Shown: positions 11,426 to 22,733, counted from the stretch's first letter. The stretch is DNA of 64,000 nucleotides from an uncultured delta proteobacterium (GCA_963816395.1 CAWFKQ010000005.1:32001-96000); one strand, 5' to 3'. Program-made: numbers and translations. Notes: a model not told the origin generated them from the letters alone.

Positions 11426-11782
11426 ATGCCGAGAGCAAAACGTGGATTTAAAGCGAGACGCCGCAGAAACAAGGTACTCAAACTGGCCAAGGGCTTCCGT
11501 GGGGCGCGCGGGAAACTATTTCGTAGCGCCACCGAGGCGGTCGATCGGGCACTCAACTATGCCTTTCGTGACCGCCGTGTTAAAAAGCGCGATTTCCGGG
11601 CTCTCTGGATTACCCGGATCAATGCCGCCGCCCGGGACAACGGTCTTTCCTACAGCCGCCTGGTGCATGGCCTGAAAATGGCTGAAATCGGTCTCGATCG
11701 CAAGATTCTAGCTCAGCTTGCGGTTTCCGATCCCCAGGGATTCAGTGCTGTGGTGGATAAAGCCAGGGCCAAGCTCCAGTAG
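11426..11782 (+). CDS. rplT: 50S ribosomal protein L20
   Basis: MPRAKRG...[18 protein letters not shown]. Confidence 0.98.
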   Translation: MPRAKRGFKARRRRNKVLKLAKGFRGARGKLFRSATEAVDRALNYAFRDRRVKKRDFRALWITRINAAARDNGLSYSRLVHGLKMAEIGLDRKILAQLAVSDPQGFSAVVDKARAKLQ

Positions 11783-11790
11783 ACGAAGAG

Positions 11791-11822
11791 GAGAGATGGG
11801 GGCTTCCCCATCTCTCTTTTTT
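11791..11822 (+). terminator. Intrinsic terminator after rplT
   Basis: GAGAGATGGGG-GCTT-CCCCATCTCTC then T6. Confidence 0.8.
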
Positions 11823-11893
11823 CTGGGGCGCAGTCCGCGATGGAAGCCTGTCGGCTTCCATTCTTTATTTCTACTCTGATGAGTCGGATGATG

Positions 11894-12913
11894 ATGAAGG
11901 AACAACTGGAACGTATGCTGCTGGAAGCCCGCTCCGCCCTGGCCGCGGCCGGATCGGAGGCGGCACTGCAGGAAGTGCGCGTTCGATTCCTCGGCCGGAA
12001 GGGGGAATTGACGGCCATCATGAAGCAAATGGGGCGGTTAACCGAAGATGAACGACCGGTCATCGGTGCCTTCGCCAACCAGGTGAAAAGAGAATTGGAG
12101 AGCGGCTTCGATGCCCGCGCAAGGGAATTGGGAGAGGCCGAAATCGCGCGCCGATTAGCCAGCGAACGGATCGATGTAAGTCTGCCGGGGCGCCGTGACT
12201 TTGCCGGTTCCAAGCATCCGATCACCCTGGTGGCTGAAGAGATCGCGGAGATTTTTGCTTCCCTCGGCTTCGGGGTCGAGGAAGGGCCGGAAGTTGAGAA
12301 AGATTTTTATAACTTCGAGGCACTCAATATCCCTAAAGATCATCCAGCCCGCGACATGCAGGATACCTTTTACATCTCGGATGAGGTGGTGCTGCGCACC
12401 CACACCTCGCCGGTGCAGATTCGCACCATGCTCCAGCACGCTCCACCGGTGCGGGTGATTGCCCCCGGTACGGTTTACCGGCGCGACTCCGACCTGACCC
12501 ATTCACCTATGTTCCACCAGATCGAGGGCTTCCTGGTCGACCGGGGGATTACATTCAGCGACCTCAAGGGAACGCTGACTGCTTTTGTTACGCAATATTT
12601 CGGCCGCCAGGTCGGCGTTCGTTTCCGCCCCTCCTTCTTTCCCTTTACCGAACCGAGCGCTGAGGTTGACATCCAGTGCGTCATCTGCCGCGGAAAAGGA
12701 TGCCGGGTCTGCAAGAATTCCGGCTGGTTGGAGATTCTCGGCAGCGGGATGATCGATCCGGAGGTATTCAAGGCCGTCCGTTACGATCCCGAGGTCTACA
12801 CCGGCTTTGCTTTCGGGATGGGGTTGGAACGTGTCGCCATGCTGAAATACGGGGTCAATGACCTGCGCCTTTTCTTTGAAAACGATCTACGCTTTCTGCA
12901 ACAATTCCGATGA
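11894..12913 (+). CDS. pheS: Phenylalanine--tRNA ligase alpha subunit
   Basis: [38 protein letters not shown]; start is one of three adjacent ATGs. Confidence 0.97.
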   Translation: MKEQLERMLLEARSALAAAGSEAALQEVRVRFLGRKGELTAIMKQMGRLTEDERPVIGAFANQVKRELESGFDARARELGEAEIARRLASERIDVSLPGRRDFAGSKHPITLVAEEIAEIFASLGFGVEEGPEVEKDFYNFEALNIPKDHPARDMQDTFYISDEVVLRTHTSPVQIRTMLQHAPPVRVIAPGTVYRRDSDLTHSPMFHQIEGFLVDRGITFSDLKGTLTAFVTQYFGRQVGVRFRPSFFPFTEPSAEVDIQCVICRGKGCRVCKNSGWLEILGSGMIDPEVFKAVRYDPEVYTGFAFGMGLERVAMLKYGVNDLRLFFENDLRFLQQFR

Positions 12914-12972
12914 GAAACTTCCCAAATAAATTAAGCTTTTGCATGTGATTTGCTGCCAAAGGACTTGAGGAA

Positions 12973-15387
12973 ATGATCGTTACCCTTAACTGGCTCAAGG
13001 AATTCGTCGATTTCGATCTGCCCGCTGAAGAACTGGCTCACCGCCTGACCATGGCTGGCCTGGAGGTCGATGCCATGGAGAGGCTCGGCGAAGGTTTGGA
13101 TGGTGTAATTGTCGCTCGCCTCCAGGCCGTCGAGCCGCATCCCGAAGCAGATCGTCTGACCCTTTGCCAGGTAGATACCGGCCGTGAAATGCTGCAGATC
13201 GTCTGTGGTGCCCGAAACCACAAGGCTGGCGACCTGGTTGCTCTGGCCCAGGTAGGGACCATTCTTCCCGGCGAGTTCAAAATAAGGAAGAGCAAAATTC
13301 GCGGCCGCGAGTCGGTGGGCATGCTCTGCTCGGAGAAGGAGCTCGGGTTGGCTGAGGAATCCGCGGGGATTATGATACTGCCTGCCGGACTGCCCTTGGG
13401 AGAGCCGGTATTCGCCGCCTTGGGGCTCAAGGACGTGCGTTTCGAACTCGGCCTGACCCCGAACCGCGCCGACTGTTTGAGCGTTCTCGGTGTGGCCCGG
13501 GAGGTGGCGGCCATGGTCGGCCAGCCACTCCGCCTGCCCGCAGCCCGCGTGGAGGAAACCGGAGAAGCAATTTCCGGGCTGACCTCGGTTGTGGTTGAGG
13601 AACCTGGCCTCTGCCCGCGCTATGCAGCCCGCCTTATCCGTGGGGTGAAGGTCGCTCCGTCCCCGGCCTGGCTGGTTCGCCGCCTGGAGATGGTCGGACT
13701 GCGTTCGATCAACAATGTTGTGGACGTGACCAACCTGGTTCTGGTGGAATTGGGGCATCCTCTGCATGCCTTCGATTTTCGTCTCCTGCGTGGTGGTCGG
13801 ATTGTCGTCCGGCGCGCCGGCGATAAAGAGATCTTCACCACGCTCGACAGCCAGCCGCGTCAACTGCTGAACAGCGATCTGACCATCTGCGACGGGGAAG
13901 GGGCGGTTGCCCTGGCCGGCATCATGGGCGGGGAGAATTCGGAGATCCGTCCGGAAACGACCGACATCCTGTTGGAGAGCGCTTATTTCAATCCGACCGC
14001 TATCCGCCGTACCAGCAAGCGCCTTGGCATTCATACCGAGTCATCCCATCGGTTCGAACGCGGCGCTGATATCGATATGGTGCCGGTTGCTCTTGACCGG
14101 GCTGCTGAGCTTATTCTGGAACTGGCTGGCGGCAGCGTTGCGCCGGGGCGAATTGATGTCTATCCCGTGCCGATGCCTCAGCGCCGGCTGACCATGACCG
14201 TCCGGCGCACCGAAGACGTCCTCGGCCTGCATCTCGATTCTCTTGAAATCCAGCGCCTGCTGCGCGGCATCGGTCTTACCGTTGAGGCGACCGCCGACCG
14301 TGACGTCGCGGCTCTTTACGTTACCGTCCCGGCTTTCCGCCATGACCTGGAGCGCGAAATCGATCTGATTGAAGAGGTGGCCCGCCTCAATGGCTATGAC
14401 CGGATTCCAGTGACAATGCCGGTCAGCCGAGCGCTGTGCCATCGAACTCCGGAAAAACAGCGACTGGTGAGGCAAACGCGTGACCTGATGGCGGCCGCTG
14501 GTTTCGCCGAGGTAATCAACTATTCCTTTGTTTCTCCCTCGATCCTTGATCGCCTAGGACTTTCCGCCGGAGATTCACGCCGGCAGACGGTACGGATCCT
14601 GAATCCTTTGACCGAGGAACAGTCGGTCATGCGCACCACCCTGGTTGGCAGTCTGCTGGAGACGGTCACGCGCAACCTCGCTTACCGGTCGCGTGACCTG
14701 CGCCTGTTTGAGGTGCGGCCGGTTTTCCGGCCCCGTTTGGATGAGGAATTGCCTGCTGAAAAGAAGGCTTTGACTGCCGTGCTGTGTGGACGGCGGGAAC
14801 CCGAGGGGTGGGCTCAGGCGAGGGAAAACGTTGACTTCTACGACCTGAAGGGGGTGACGGAAATGATCCTGGAATATCTGCATATCGACAGATGTTCCTG
14901 GGAAGCCGATTCGCCGGAGCCATTTCTGCACCCGGGAAAATCCTGTACCCTGCGGCGGGGAGGGGTAACCCTGGGAACGCTCGGAGAGGTTCATCCGAAT
15001 ATATTGGCAAATTTCGAAATCGACCTGCCGGTTTTTCTTCTTGACCTGGATCTGGAAGCATTAGCGGTCGTTGCAGGCGCTTACGGCGGCTTCCGGCCAT
15101 TATCCCGCTATCCCGATGTCTATCGCGACAGCGCCTTTCTCCTGGATGAGGGAATCTCCGCCCGACAGGTATTTGAGGTGTTGGATAGGGCAAAAGGCCG
15201 GAATGCAGAAGACATCAATCTATTCGATCTCTATCGTGGCAAGGGAATTCCCGAGGGGAAAAAGAGCCTGGCGATCCGGGTCCGCTATCGCAGCCCGGAA
15301 AAGACATTGACCGATGAAGAGATCAATCTCGCCCATGGGAAACTGGTCGATGCTCTCTGCCGGGAACTGGGGGCGGAGATAAGGTAA
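12973..15387 (+). CDS. pheT: Phenylalanine--tRNA ligase beta subunit
   Basis: QIVCGARN, TPNRADCLS, RFERG, C-terminal FDLYRGK anticodon-binding domain. Confidence 0.97.
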   Translation: MIVTLNWLKEFVDFDLPAEELAHRLTMAGLEVDAMERLGEGLDGVIVARLQAVEPHPEADRLTLCQVDTGREMLQIVCGARNHKAGDLVALAQVGTILPGEFKIRKSKIRGRESVGMLCSEKELGLAEESAGIMILPAGLPLGEPVFAALGLKDVRFELGLTPNRADCLSVLGVAREVAAMVGQPLRLPAARVEETGEAISGLTSVVVEEPGLCPRYAARLIRGVKVAPSPAWLVRRLEMVGLRSINNVVDVTNLVLVELGHPLHAFDFRLLRGGRIVVRRAGDKEIFTTLDSQPRQLLNSDLTICDGEGAVALAGIMGGENSEIRPETTDILLESAYFNPTAIRRTSKRLGIHTESSHRFERGADIDMVPVALDRAAELILELAGGSVAPGRIDVYPVPMPQRRLTMTVRRTEDVLGLHLDSLEIQRLLRGIGLTVEATADRDVAALYVTVPAFRHDLEREIDLIEEVARLNGYDRIPVTMPVSRALCHRTPEKQRLVRQTRDLMAAAGFAEVINYSFVSPSILDRLGLSAGDSRRQTVRILNPLTEEQSVMRTTLVGSLLETVTRNLAYRSRDLRLFEVRPVFRPRLDEELPAEKKALTAVLCGRREPEGWAQARENVDFYDLKGVTEMILEYLHIDRCSWEADSPEPFLHPGKSCTLRRGGVTLGTLGEVHPNILANFEIDLPVFLLDLDLEALAVVAGAYGGFRPLSRYPDVYRDSAFLLDEGISARQVFEVLDRAKGRNAEDINLFDLYRGKGIPEGKKSLAIRVRYRSPEKTLTDEEINLAHGKLVDALCRELGAEIR

Positions 15388-15468
15388 AAAAATCAGTTGA
15401 TTACCGTTTGTTGGTGTGATATAAAAACCCGGAAATTCAGGGACCTGTGCAATCAGAGTGGAGGTGTT

Positions 15469-15750
15469 ATGACCAAAGCGGACCTTATCGAGAACGTTTA
15501 TCTGAAAACAGGGTTTTCCAAAAAGGAATCCGCTGAGATCGTCGAGATGGTTTTCGACCTGATTAAATCGACTCTGGAGAGCGGTGAAAAAATCAAAATT
15601 GCCGGCTTCGGCAACTTTGTGGTGAAGGACAAATCAACCCGCCGGGGCCGCAATCCGCAAACAGGGGAAGAGATCGAGATTTCTTCTCGGCGCATTCTGA
15701 CCTTCAAGCCAAGCCAGGTTCTGAAGGCCTCCATCAACGGCGGTGAGTAA
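15469..15750 (+). CDS. ihfA: Integration host factor subunit alpha
   Basis: MTKADLIE...GFGNF...GRNPQTGEEI; position after pheT. Confidence 0.9.
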   Translation: MTKADLIENVYLKTGFSKKESAEIVEMVFDLIKSTLESGEKIKIAGFGNFVVKDKSTRRGRNPQTGEEIEISSRRILTFKPSQVLKASINGGE

Positions 15751-15771
15751 TTCCGCTATTTCGGGCAGGCC

Positions 15772-16128
15772 ATGAATTGCCAGCTTCCCGATAAGCTCTA
15801 CTTCAAGATAGGCGAAGTTACCGAACTGACCGGAGTAAAACCGCACGTCTTGCGCTATTGGGAATCGGAATTCGGTTCATTCCGCCCCGGCAAGAGCAGG
15901 AATCAGCAGCGGCTTTACCGTCAGAAGGATGTCGAACTGGTTTTCCGGCTCAAGGATCTCCTTTATAACCAGGGATATACTATCGCCGGGGCGAAGAAAA
16001 AGTTGCGCCAACGGACGGTGGAAGGGGAATCACAGTCCGTCCCGCCCCTACCTGATAAACGGGCTCTTCTTGACGAAATCCTGGGCGACCTGCGCCGGTT
16101 ACGCCAGTCTCTGGAGACCGGTCCCTAA
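15772..16128 (+). CDS. MerR-family transcriptional regulator
   Basis: YFKIGEV...VKPHVLRYWESEF; conserved after ihfA. Confidence 0.9.
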   Translation: MNCQLPDKLYFKIGEVTELTGVKPHVLRYWESEFGSFRPGKSRNQQRLYRQKDVELVFRLKDLLYNQGYTIAGAKKKLRQRTVEGESQSVPPLPDKRALLDEILGDLRRLRQSLETGP

Positions 16129-16155
16129 GATTCCAGTTCCCGCCTCGAGGATTCT

Positions 16156-16926
16156 TTGCTTATTCTGGTCACCAATGACGACGGCATCAGCTCGCCCGGC
16201 ATCATGGCCCTGGCGGAAAGCATGTCCGCTTTCGGCCAGGTCGTCGTCGTTGCACCGGACCGTGAGCGAAGTGCCGTTGGCCATTCCCTGACCCTGCATT
16301 CACCCCTTCGCGCCGACCTGGTCGGCCCTGACCGCTTTGCCGTCGACGGCACCCCGACCGATTGTGTCAACCTTGGCATTCACGGATTGCTCAGCAAACG
16401 ACCTGCCTTGGTCGTGTCGGGGATCAACAAGGGGGGGAATATGGGAGATGATGTCACTTATTCTGGTACCGTCTCCGCCGCCATGGAAGCAACCCTTATG
16501 GGGGTTCCCGCCTTCGCGCTTTCCCTGGAAGCGGCCTCCTTCCATTCTGACGATTTCCGCACGGCCGCTTCTTTCGCTGCCGACCTCGCGCAGCTAGTCC
16601 TTGAGCGGGGATTGCCTCCTGATACTTTTCTTAATGTCAACGTGCCCGCCGGCACACCCCGGGGGGTTCGGCTGACCCGGCAGGGAAGGCGCCGGTACGG
16701 AGACGTTGTCGTTGAAAAAGTCGATCCTCGCGGACGTAAATATTATTGGCTCGGGGCCGGTGAGCTCGATTTCCAGGACCTGCCGGGAACCGATTTCCAT
16801 GCTGTTCGCCGGGGTTTTATTTCTGTCACCCCGCTGCATCTTGATCTGACCAACACCCGTTCTTTTCAGATCCTTGCCGACTGGGGACTTGAAGATCGCT
16901 CCCCTTCCTCCGTTCCGGAACAATAA
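16156..16926 (+). CDS. surE: 5'/3'-nucleotidase SurE
   Basis: ILVTNDDG, GTPTDCV, SGIN, YSGTV. Confidence 0.96.
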   Translation: MLILVTNDDGISSPGIMALAESMSAFGQVVVVAPDRERSAVGHSLTLHSPLRADLVGPDRFAVDGTPTDCVNLGIHGLLSKRPALVVSGINKGGNMGDDVTYSGTVSAAMEATLMGVPAFALSLEAASFHSDDFRTAASFAADLAQLVLERGLPPDTFLNVNVPAGTPRGVRLTRQGRRRYGDVVVEKVDPRGRKYYWLGAGELDFQDLPGTDFHAVRRGFISVTPLHLDLTNTRSFQILADWGLEDRSPSSVPEQ

Positions 16927-16935
16927 GGCAAGCTC

Positions 16936-17586
16936 ATGGATTTTGCGATTGCCCGTCGGCGGATGGTGGAGCGGCAGGTAAAACAGCAGGGGCTATCCGA
17001 CCCCCTCGTGCTGCGGGCGCTGCTCCAAGTGCCCCGTCATCTTTTCATCGAAGAAGCCCTCCGTGGTCAGGCTTACAGCGATTTTCCCCTGCCGATCGGA
17101 GAAAAACAGACCATTTCCCAGCCCTCCATGGTGGCGGTAATGACCACGGCACTGGGATTGGCGGGCGGGGAAAAGGTTCTTGAAATCGGTACTGGCTCAG
17201 GGTATCAGGCGGCGGTACTGGCCCAGATTGTCTCCCGGGTTTATTCCGTGGAACGGCACCCGGCTCTGGCTCGCCGTGCCCGGCGCATCCTCGACGAAAT
17301 CGGCTGCAATAATGTTAACATCAAGCTCTCGGACGGAACTCTCGGGTGGGAGGAAGCGGCTCCTTTTGACGCTATCATCGTCACCGCTGGTGCCCCTGAG
17401 GTGCCGCAGGGATATTTGACTCAATTGGCTCTGGGCGGCCGGCTGGTCATCCCGGTCGGTATGCGGAAAGGGCAGGTGCTCAAGCGGATTACCCGTCTCG
17501 AAATGGAAAGATACGGCGAGGAACAGCTCCTCGACTGTCGCTTCGTTCCCTTGATAGGGCAGTTCGGTTGGCGGGAGGAAGATTGA
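16936..17586 (+). CDS. pcm: Protein-L-isoaspartate O-methyltransferase
   Basis: [26 protein letters not shown]. Confidence 0.95.
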   Translation: MDFAIARRRMVERQVKQQGLSDPLVLRALLQVPRHLFIEEALRGQAYSDFPLPIGEKQTISQPSMVAVMTTALGLAGGEKVLEIGTGSGYQAAVLAQIVSRVYSVERHPALARRARRILDEIGCNNVNIKLSDGTLGWEEAAPFDAIIVTAGAPEVPQGYLTQLALGGRLVIPVGMRKGQVLKRITRLEMERYGEEQLLDCRFVPLIGQFGWREED

Positions 17587-17588
17587 GC

Positions 17589-18182
17589 ATGCGGCTGGTG
17601 CGCCGGATTTATGACTGGGTGCTGCACTGGGCGTTTACCCCTTACGGGGTGCCGGCCCTGTTTCTGCTTGCCTTCGCTGAATCTTCCTGTTTTCCGATAC
17701 CCCCCGATGTGCTGCTGCTGGCTCTTTGCCTGTCGGTTCCTGCCCAGTCCTTCCGTTTCGCCGCTGTCGCCGCACTCGGCTCCGTCCTTGGTGGAATCGC
17801 CGGTTACGGGATCGGCCTCGGATTATGGGAGATGGTTGCCGATCTCTTTTTTCATTATGTACCGGGATTCTCCCAAGATGTTTTCCATCATGTGCAGCAA
17901 CTTTTCGCCACCTATGATTTTTGGACCATTTTTACCGCCGGTTTCACTCCTATCCCCTACAAAGTTTTCACTATCGGCGCCGGCGTCTTCCACATCAACT
18001 TCATCGTCTTTGTCATCGCCTCGGCGATAAGCCGCAGCTTACGCTTCTTCCTGGTCGCCTGGCTGATCTTCCGTTTCGGTTCTCCCATGCGGAACTTCAT
18101 CGAAAAGTACTTCAATCTGCTGACCATCGCCTTCATGGTTCTCCTCTTCGGCGGGTTTTTCCTGGTCCGCTATCTCTTTTGA
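17589..18182 (+). CDS. YqaA/DedA (VTT-domain) membrane protein
   Basis: FAESSCFPIPPD, GFTPIPYKVFT. Confidence 0.88.
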   Translation: MRLVRRIYDWVLHWAFTPYGVPALFLLAFAESSCFPIPPDVLLLALCLSVPAQSFRFAAVAALGSVLGGIAGYGIGLGLWEMVADLFFHYVPGFSQDVFHHVQQLFATYDFWTIFTAGFTPIPYKVFTIGAGVFHINFIVFVIASAISRSLRFFLVAWLIFRFGSPMRNFIEKYFNLLTIAFMVLLFGGFFLVRYLF

Positions 18183-18283
18183 GATTCCCGCGAGGGAAAC
18201 CGCGGGGTTGACTGGGGGGGCTCATATCCGCTACCGTTACCACGGCGATTCCAACCCGGTATGCATGGCGGCTAACAGGCGAT

Positions 18284-19051
18284 ATGTCCCTGCGGTTTTC
18301 GGCCACAATCTGTTTTCTGTTTTTGCTTGCGGCATGCACCCCACGCTCTGGCGTGTATCATACCGTTCTACAGGGGCAGACTCTTTTCCGGATTAGCCGG
18401 GCGTATAACCTCGATGAGCGTTACCTGGCTCGCATCAATGGAATCGAAGACCCTTCCCGATTACGGATAGGTCAGCGGTTGTTCGTCCCCGGAGCGGATA
18501 GGGCAAAAACAGTGCCGGGCGGACTGGCCGCAGTCTCCCCGGACAATTCCGGGACTCCCGCATTTCACCCCTCTTCAGCACCATCCACGCAGAAAACTGC
18601 CGCGACAGCAAAAGTGACTTCCCTCCCTCCCTCATCACCTGTGAAAATCCCAGCGCATACTCTTGGCCGCGCAGAAGGCAAGGGAGATTTCGTATGGCCG
18701 CTCAAAGGGGAATTGATCAAAGAGTTCGGCCGTAACAACAACCAGGCCTGTAACGGGGTGGAAATCGGTGCCCCGGAGGGTACCCCCGTGCTGGCCGCGG
18801 CGGCTGGCAAAGTCACTTACAGCAGTAATGGAATCCGCGGGTATGGCAATCTCATTATCATCAAACATGAGGATTCCTTTTTCACTATTTACGGGTTCAA
18901 CAAAAAGAACCTGGTCGATGCCGGAGATTTCGTCAGCCGTGGGCAGCGCATCGCCCTTTCCGGAAGTCCTCCGGATCGGGTCGCATCATGCCTGCATTTT
19001 GAAATTCGCCAGGGGAAGGTACCGGTCAATCCGATTTTTTACTTGCCATAG
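18284..19051 (+). CDS. nlpD: LysM/M23-family lipoprotein (NlpD-like)
   Basis: Lipobox LAAC, LysM (YHTVLQGQTLFRI), WPLKG, GYGNLIII, LHFEIR; upstream of rpoS. Confidence 0.85.
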   Translation: MSLRFSATICFLFLLAACTPRSGVYHTVLQGQTLFRISRAYNLDERYLARINGIEDPSRLRIGQRLFVPGADRAKTVPGGLAAVSPDNSGTPAFHPSSAPSTQKTAATAKVTSLPPSSPVKIPAHTLGRAEGKGDFVWPLKGELIKEFGRNNNQACNGVEIGAPEGTPVLAAAAGKVTYSSNGIRGYGNLIIIKHEDSFFTIYGFNKKNLVDAGDFVSRGQRIALSGSPPDRVASCLHFEIRQGKVPVNPIFYLP

Positions 19052-19110
19052 ACAGGGGTATCTCTTAGACTTGCAAAACCGTTTTATTACTCAAACTTAA
19101 GGGAAATTCG

Positions 19111-20112
19111 ATGGACGAACTGCTCGATTTTTACCCAGAGTATGACATCGACCAGGAAAATACCGAAGGACCGGCCGACGACCTCGGCGAATTCCCCGAA
19201 CCCGATGCTTTGGCGGAGGAGGCCGAGGAAGAAGAAGAGGAGCAGGAGGCCGATTACGATGATCACTCCGATGATGCCATCAAGCTGTACCTTAAGGAAA
19301 TCCAGAAGACAACTCTGTTGACCGCAGAGGATGAGCGGGAGTTGGCGCGGCGGATTGCCGCCGGAGATCTGTCCGCCCGTGATAGGATGATCGAATCGAA
19401 TTTGCGCCTCGTCGTGAAAATTGCCAAACGCTACATGAATCGCGGCTTACCTTTTCTCGACCTCATTGAGGAAGGCAATATGGGGCTGATTAAAGCCGTG
19501 GAAAGGTTCAAGCTCAGCAAGGAATGCCGGTTTTCAACCTATGCAACATGGTGGATCCGGCAATCGATCGAGCGCGCCCTGGTCAATCAGAGCCGTACCA
19601 TCCGGCTGCCGGTTCACGTTTCCGATGACATCAACAAATTCATAAAGATCAGCCGCGAACTGGTACACAAGGTCAATCGTGAGCCGCAGGTGAAAGAGGT
19701 TGCCGATGCGATGGGCGTCGATTCCAGCTATATTCGGCGGCTGATGGTGCTGGTCAAGAAGACCTATTCCATCGAGCACCCCATGGGTGAAAATAACGAC
19801 TATAGCCTGATCGATACCATTGAAGACACCAATTCCGTTGATCCGTCAGCGCTGGTCGAGGATCTGGACAAGTTTGATCAGGTGGCCGAATGGTTGACAA
19901 CCCTCAGTGCTAATGAACGGGAGATTCTGACGCTGCGCTTCGGCCTGGATGACCGTGAGCCGCAGACTCTGGACACCATCGGACAACGTTTCGGGGTCAC
20001 CCGGGAGAGAATCCGGCAGATCGAGGCCAAGAGCCTGGAGAAGCTGCGTACCATAATGGAGGACAGGGATCCTTCGGTGCGGGCGCTGCGGGAAGAGGGA
20101 CGACAAAAATAA
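19111..20112 (+). CDS. rpoS: RNA polymerase sigma factor RpoS
   Basis: NLRLVVKIAKRY, FSTYATWWIRQ, VTRERIRQIE; surE-pcm-nlpD context. Confidence 0.9.
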   Translation: MDELLDFYPEYDIDQENTEGPADDLGEFPEPDALAEEAEEEEEEQEADYDDHSDDAIKLYLKEIQKTTLLTAEDERELARRIAAGDLSARDRMIESNLRLVVKIAKRYMNRGLPFLDLIEEGNMGLIKAVERFKLSKECRFSTYATWWIRQSIERALVNQSRTIRLPVHVSDDINKFIKISRELVHKVNREPQVKEVADAMGVDSSYIRRLMVLVKKTYSIEHPMGENNDYSLIDTIEDTNSVDPSALVEDLDKFDQVAEWLTTLSANEREILTLRFGLDDREPQTLDTIGQRFGVTRERIRQIEAKSLEKLRTIMEDRDPSVRALREEGRQK

Positions 20113-20149
20113 CCATCTGAACGCATAAGTCGAATCGAGGACGTGGCCT

Positions 20150-20665
20150 GTGGAAGAGTTGAAGAATATCATTCGGGATATCCCCGATTTTCCCAAGAAG
20201 GGGATCGTTTTTAAAGATATAACCACCTTGCTCGCTGACGGCAGGAGTTTTCACCGCATGATCGACCTGATCGCCCACCGTTATCTGGGGAGGGGGATCG
20301 ATCAGGTGGTCGGAGTGGAGGCACGCGGCTTCATTCTCGGCTCGGCCCTGGCTTATAAACTCGGGATTGGGGTGACCCTGGTGCGAAAACCGGGGAAACT
20401 CCCCTACAAAACGCGCCGCAAGACTTATGAACTCGAATATGGTTCCGATACCCTGGAAATCCATGAAGACGCATTTCGTCCCGGTAACCGGGTCATTATC
20501 GCCGACGATCTGCTTGCCACCGGGGGCACAATGGCAGCGGTAGTCGACCTGGTGCAGGAACTTGGCGCCGAAATCGTCGAGTGTGCCTTTCTGGCCGAAC
20601 TTGGATTCCTGAATGGGCGTCGGAAATTGCCGGAGGGGAAGGTTTTCAGCCTGCTCAAGTTCTAA
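20150..20665 (+). CDS. apt: Adenine phosphoribosyltransferase
   Basis: [29 protein letters not shown]. Confidence 0.97.
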   Translation: MEELKNIIRDIPDFPKKGIVFKDITTLLADGRSFHRMIDLIAHRYLGRGIDQVVGVEARGFILGSALAYKLGIGVTLVRKPGKLPYKTRRKTYELEYGSDTLEIHEDAFRPGNRVIIADDLLATGGTMAAVVDLVQELGAEIVECAFLAELGFLNGRRKLPEGKVFSLLKF

Positions 20666-20685
20666 GCAGTCGCGGGTCTTTCCAC

Positions 20686-20714
20686 TTGCATTCGTTGCAC
20701 CTGCGGGTTATAAA
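20686..20714 (+). promoter_or_regulatory. sigma70 promoter for tRNA-Arg
   Basis: TTGCAT-N17-TATAAA. Confidence 0.6.
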
Positions 20715-20725
20715 AGGTGCCTTCC

Positions 20726-20802
20726 GGCCCCGTAGCTCAGTAGGATAGAGCAACCGCCTCCTAAGCGGTAGGCCGTGCGTTCGAATCGCGCCGGGGCCGC
20801 CA
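20726..20802 (+). tRNA. tRNA-Arg(CCT)
   Basis: GGCCCCG/CGGGGCC acceptor, ACCGC-CTCCTAA-GCGGT anticodon arm, GTTCGAATC, encoded CCA. Confidence 0.97.
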
Positions 20803-20806
20803 AAAT

Positions 20807-20844
20807 GAAAAGGGACTTGGGTCGTTTGGCCCGAGTCCCTTTTC
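20807..20844. terminator. Bidirectional intrinsic terminator
   Basis: GAAAAGGGACTTGGG...CCCGAGTCCCTTTTC between convergent units. Confidence 0.8.
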
Positions 20845-20863
20845 CATACCGGTAGGAGTCAGT

Positions 20864-21329
20864 TCATTCAGCTTTCGTGAGGTGCTTTTCCACCATCGCG
20901 TAAAGTTCATCCTTGTGGATGGGTTTCGAAAGATAATCATCCATGCCTGCTTCCATGCAGAGTTGCCGGTCTTCCGGGCGGCTCCAGGCAGTCAGTGCGA
21001 TGATCGGGATACGTCTTCTGCCATTCTCCAGTTCCATGCGGCGGATAATCCGAGTTGCCTCCAGGCCGTTAAGTTTTGGCATCTGGAGATCCATAAAGAT
21101 CAGATCGATGCTCTCGTTCTCCCAGCGGCAAATGGCGTCGGCGGCATTATCCACGGCTTGGATTTGCCAGCCCTTGAGAGACAAGGATCCTTTCAAATAC
21201 GGTCAGAATGGGGATTTCATCTTCCACCAGCAGTATGCGAATATTCTCCTCCAGGTCTTCAACTTGATCAGACCTGGCCTTCGCGTCTGTATCCGGCGGG
21301 TTCAGTTCAGGTGCAAGATGGAAATTCAT
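20864..21329 (-). CDS. Single-domain response regulator (frameshift near 21185)
   Basis: IRILLVEDE in one frame; FMDLQMP, IIALTA, YLSKP in the next. Confidence 0.75.
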
Positions 21330-21428
21330 ATCCTTCTCTGATGGGGACAGGCTGACATTCCTGGGCAGGCACGGGCGGTGTATTCTTCCGAAGAGGACAA
21401 CGGAAATCGATTTTATTGGAGGAATGCG

Positions 21429-21650
21429 TCAGTTCAGCCGACCGGGTCGCACGCCTTTCTCGGTCTGCAACAAGGCATAGAGGGAGCTTTTCCCCTCGAT
21501 GAGAGAGACGATTTTCCCCCTCACCAGTTCCAGGGGCCGTTTAAAGGAATCATGGAGCAGAAACTCCCCTTCCTGTCCGACATGGAAACCTTCCCTGGCG
21601 GTGTGATACCTCATAAGGTTTCCTGCCGTCTCCTGATCGGATGTATTCAT
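21429..21650 (-). CDS. Small hypothetical protein
   Basis: 73 aa ORF with GAGGGG SD; no recognised motif. Confidence 0.4.
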   Translation of the reverse strand: MNTSDQETAGNLMRYHTAREGFHVGQEGEFLLHDSFKRPLELVRGKIVSLIEGKSSLYALLQTEKGVRPGRLN

Positions 21651-21896
21651 TTATTCATCCCCTCTGCCCGGAATATCAGGGGCGCTTGCCCCCAAATAAT
21701 TTTATCAAGCGCCACCCGTGGGTCGATTTTTCCTGAGCCTTAATTGTTTCAAATATTTTTCTTTTTGCAACTGCAGGAACAAAAAAAACCGTATGAAAGG
21801 CCTCCAACGGAGATGAATAGAAGGGCAATTTGACTAATTCCACAGAATTGCTGGTAAAATGTACTAAAATTCCAGGCAAGGCGGAGATTCGGGCGC

Positions 21897-22694
21897 ATGC
21901 GATTTATATTGAATTTGCTGGAAAAAATAGGCGAACAGACGATTTACTATATTACCCAGGCCGGAAGAATGGGGATTTTTCTGGTGTCCTGTCTGGCGCG
22001 GTTAGTCAGTCCCCCGTACAAGGTTTCCCCGATCATCAGCCAGATTAATTTTATTGGGGCCAGGTCCTTTTTTGTCATCCTGTTCACCGGTGCTTTTACT
22101 GGTATGGTCCTTGGCCTGCAGGGATATTATACGCTGCGTAAATTCGGCTCTGAGAGTCTCCTTGGCTCCGCCGTCGCCCTCAGTCTGGTGCGGGAACTTG
22201 GTCCGGTAGTTGCTGCCCTGATGGTCATCGGGCGGGCCGGTTCGGCGATTTGTGCAGAAATCGGCATCATGCGCAACTTGGAGCAGATCGACGCCCTCGA
22301 ATGCATGGCGATAGATCCCTATCGATATCTGATCGTGCCGAAATTGGCCGCCGGCGTCATCGCCATGCCGTTGCTGACGTCCATCTTCGATATGGTTGGC
22401 ATTCTCGGCGGCTATCTGGTCGGGGTAGTGCTGCTCGGGGTCAACCAGGGGCTCTATTTTCAGTCGATGTATGACAGTGTGGTATGGCGGGATGTCGAAA
22501 TGGGGGTTATCAAGTCCTTGGTATTTGGGCTCATTATCGTCTGGATTGCGGCCGCAAAAGGTTACTTTCTGCACTTGGAGCGCTCGGGCGGGTTCGGCGC
22601 CGTAGGCGTAAGCCGGCAGACGACCAGTGCGGTAGTTCTTTCATCAGTAACGGTGCTGGTTTGGGATTACCTGATTACTTCCATAATGCTCTGA
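21897..22694 (+). CDS. mlaE: MlaE-family ABC permease
   Basis: RELGPV, GRAGSAICAEIG, EQIDALE, VSRQTTSAVV. Confidence 0.92.
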   Translation: MRFILNLLEKIGEQTIYYITQAGRMGIFLVSCLARLVSPPYKVSPIISQINFIGARSFFVILFTGAFTGMVLGLQGYYTLRKFGSESLLGSAVALSLVRELGPVVAALMVIGRAGSAICAEIGIMRNLEQIDALECMAIDPYRYLIVPKLAAGVIAMPLLTSIFDMVGILGGYLVGVVLLGVNQGLYFQSMYDSVVWRDVEMGVIKSLVFGLIIVWIAAAKGYFLHLERSGGFGAVGVSRQTTSAVVLSSVTVLVWDYLITSIML

Positions 22695-22733
22695 TATTGT
22701 CCCGGGCTGGACCGGGTCTGGACTCGAGGCGTA

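Noticed and set aside
20726..21900. tRNA-Arg as integration site of a genomic island
   Set aside because: Gene content turns accessory, but I found no integrase and did not spot a repeated tRNA 3' end by eye.
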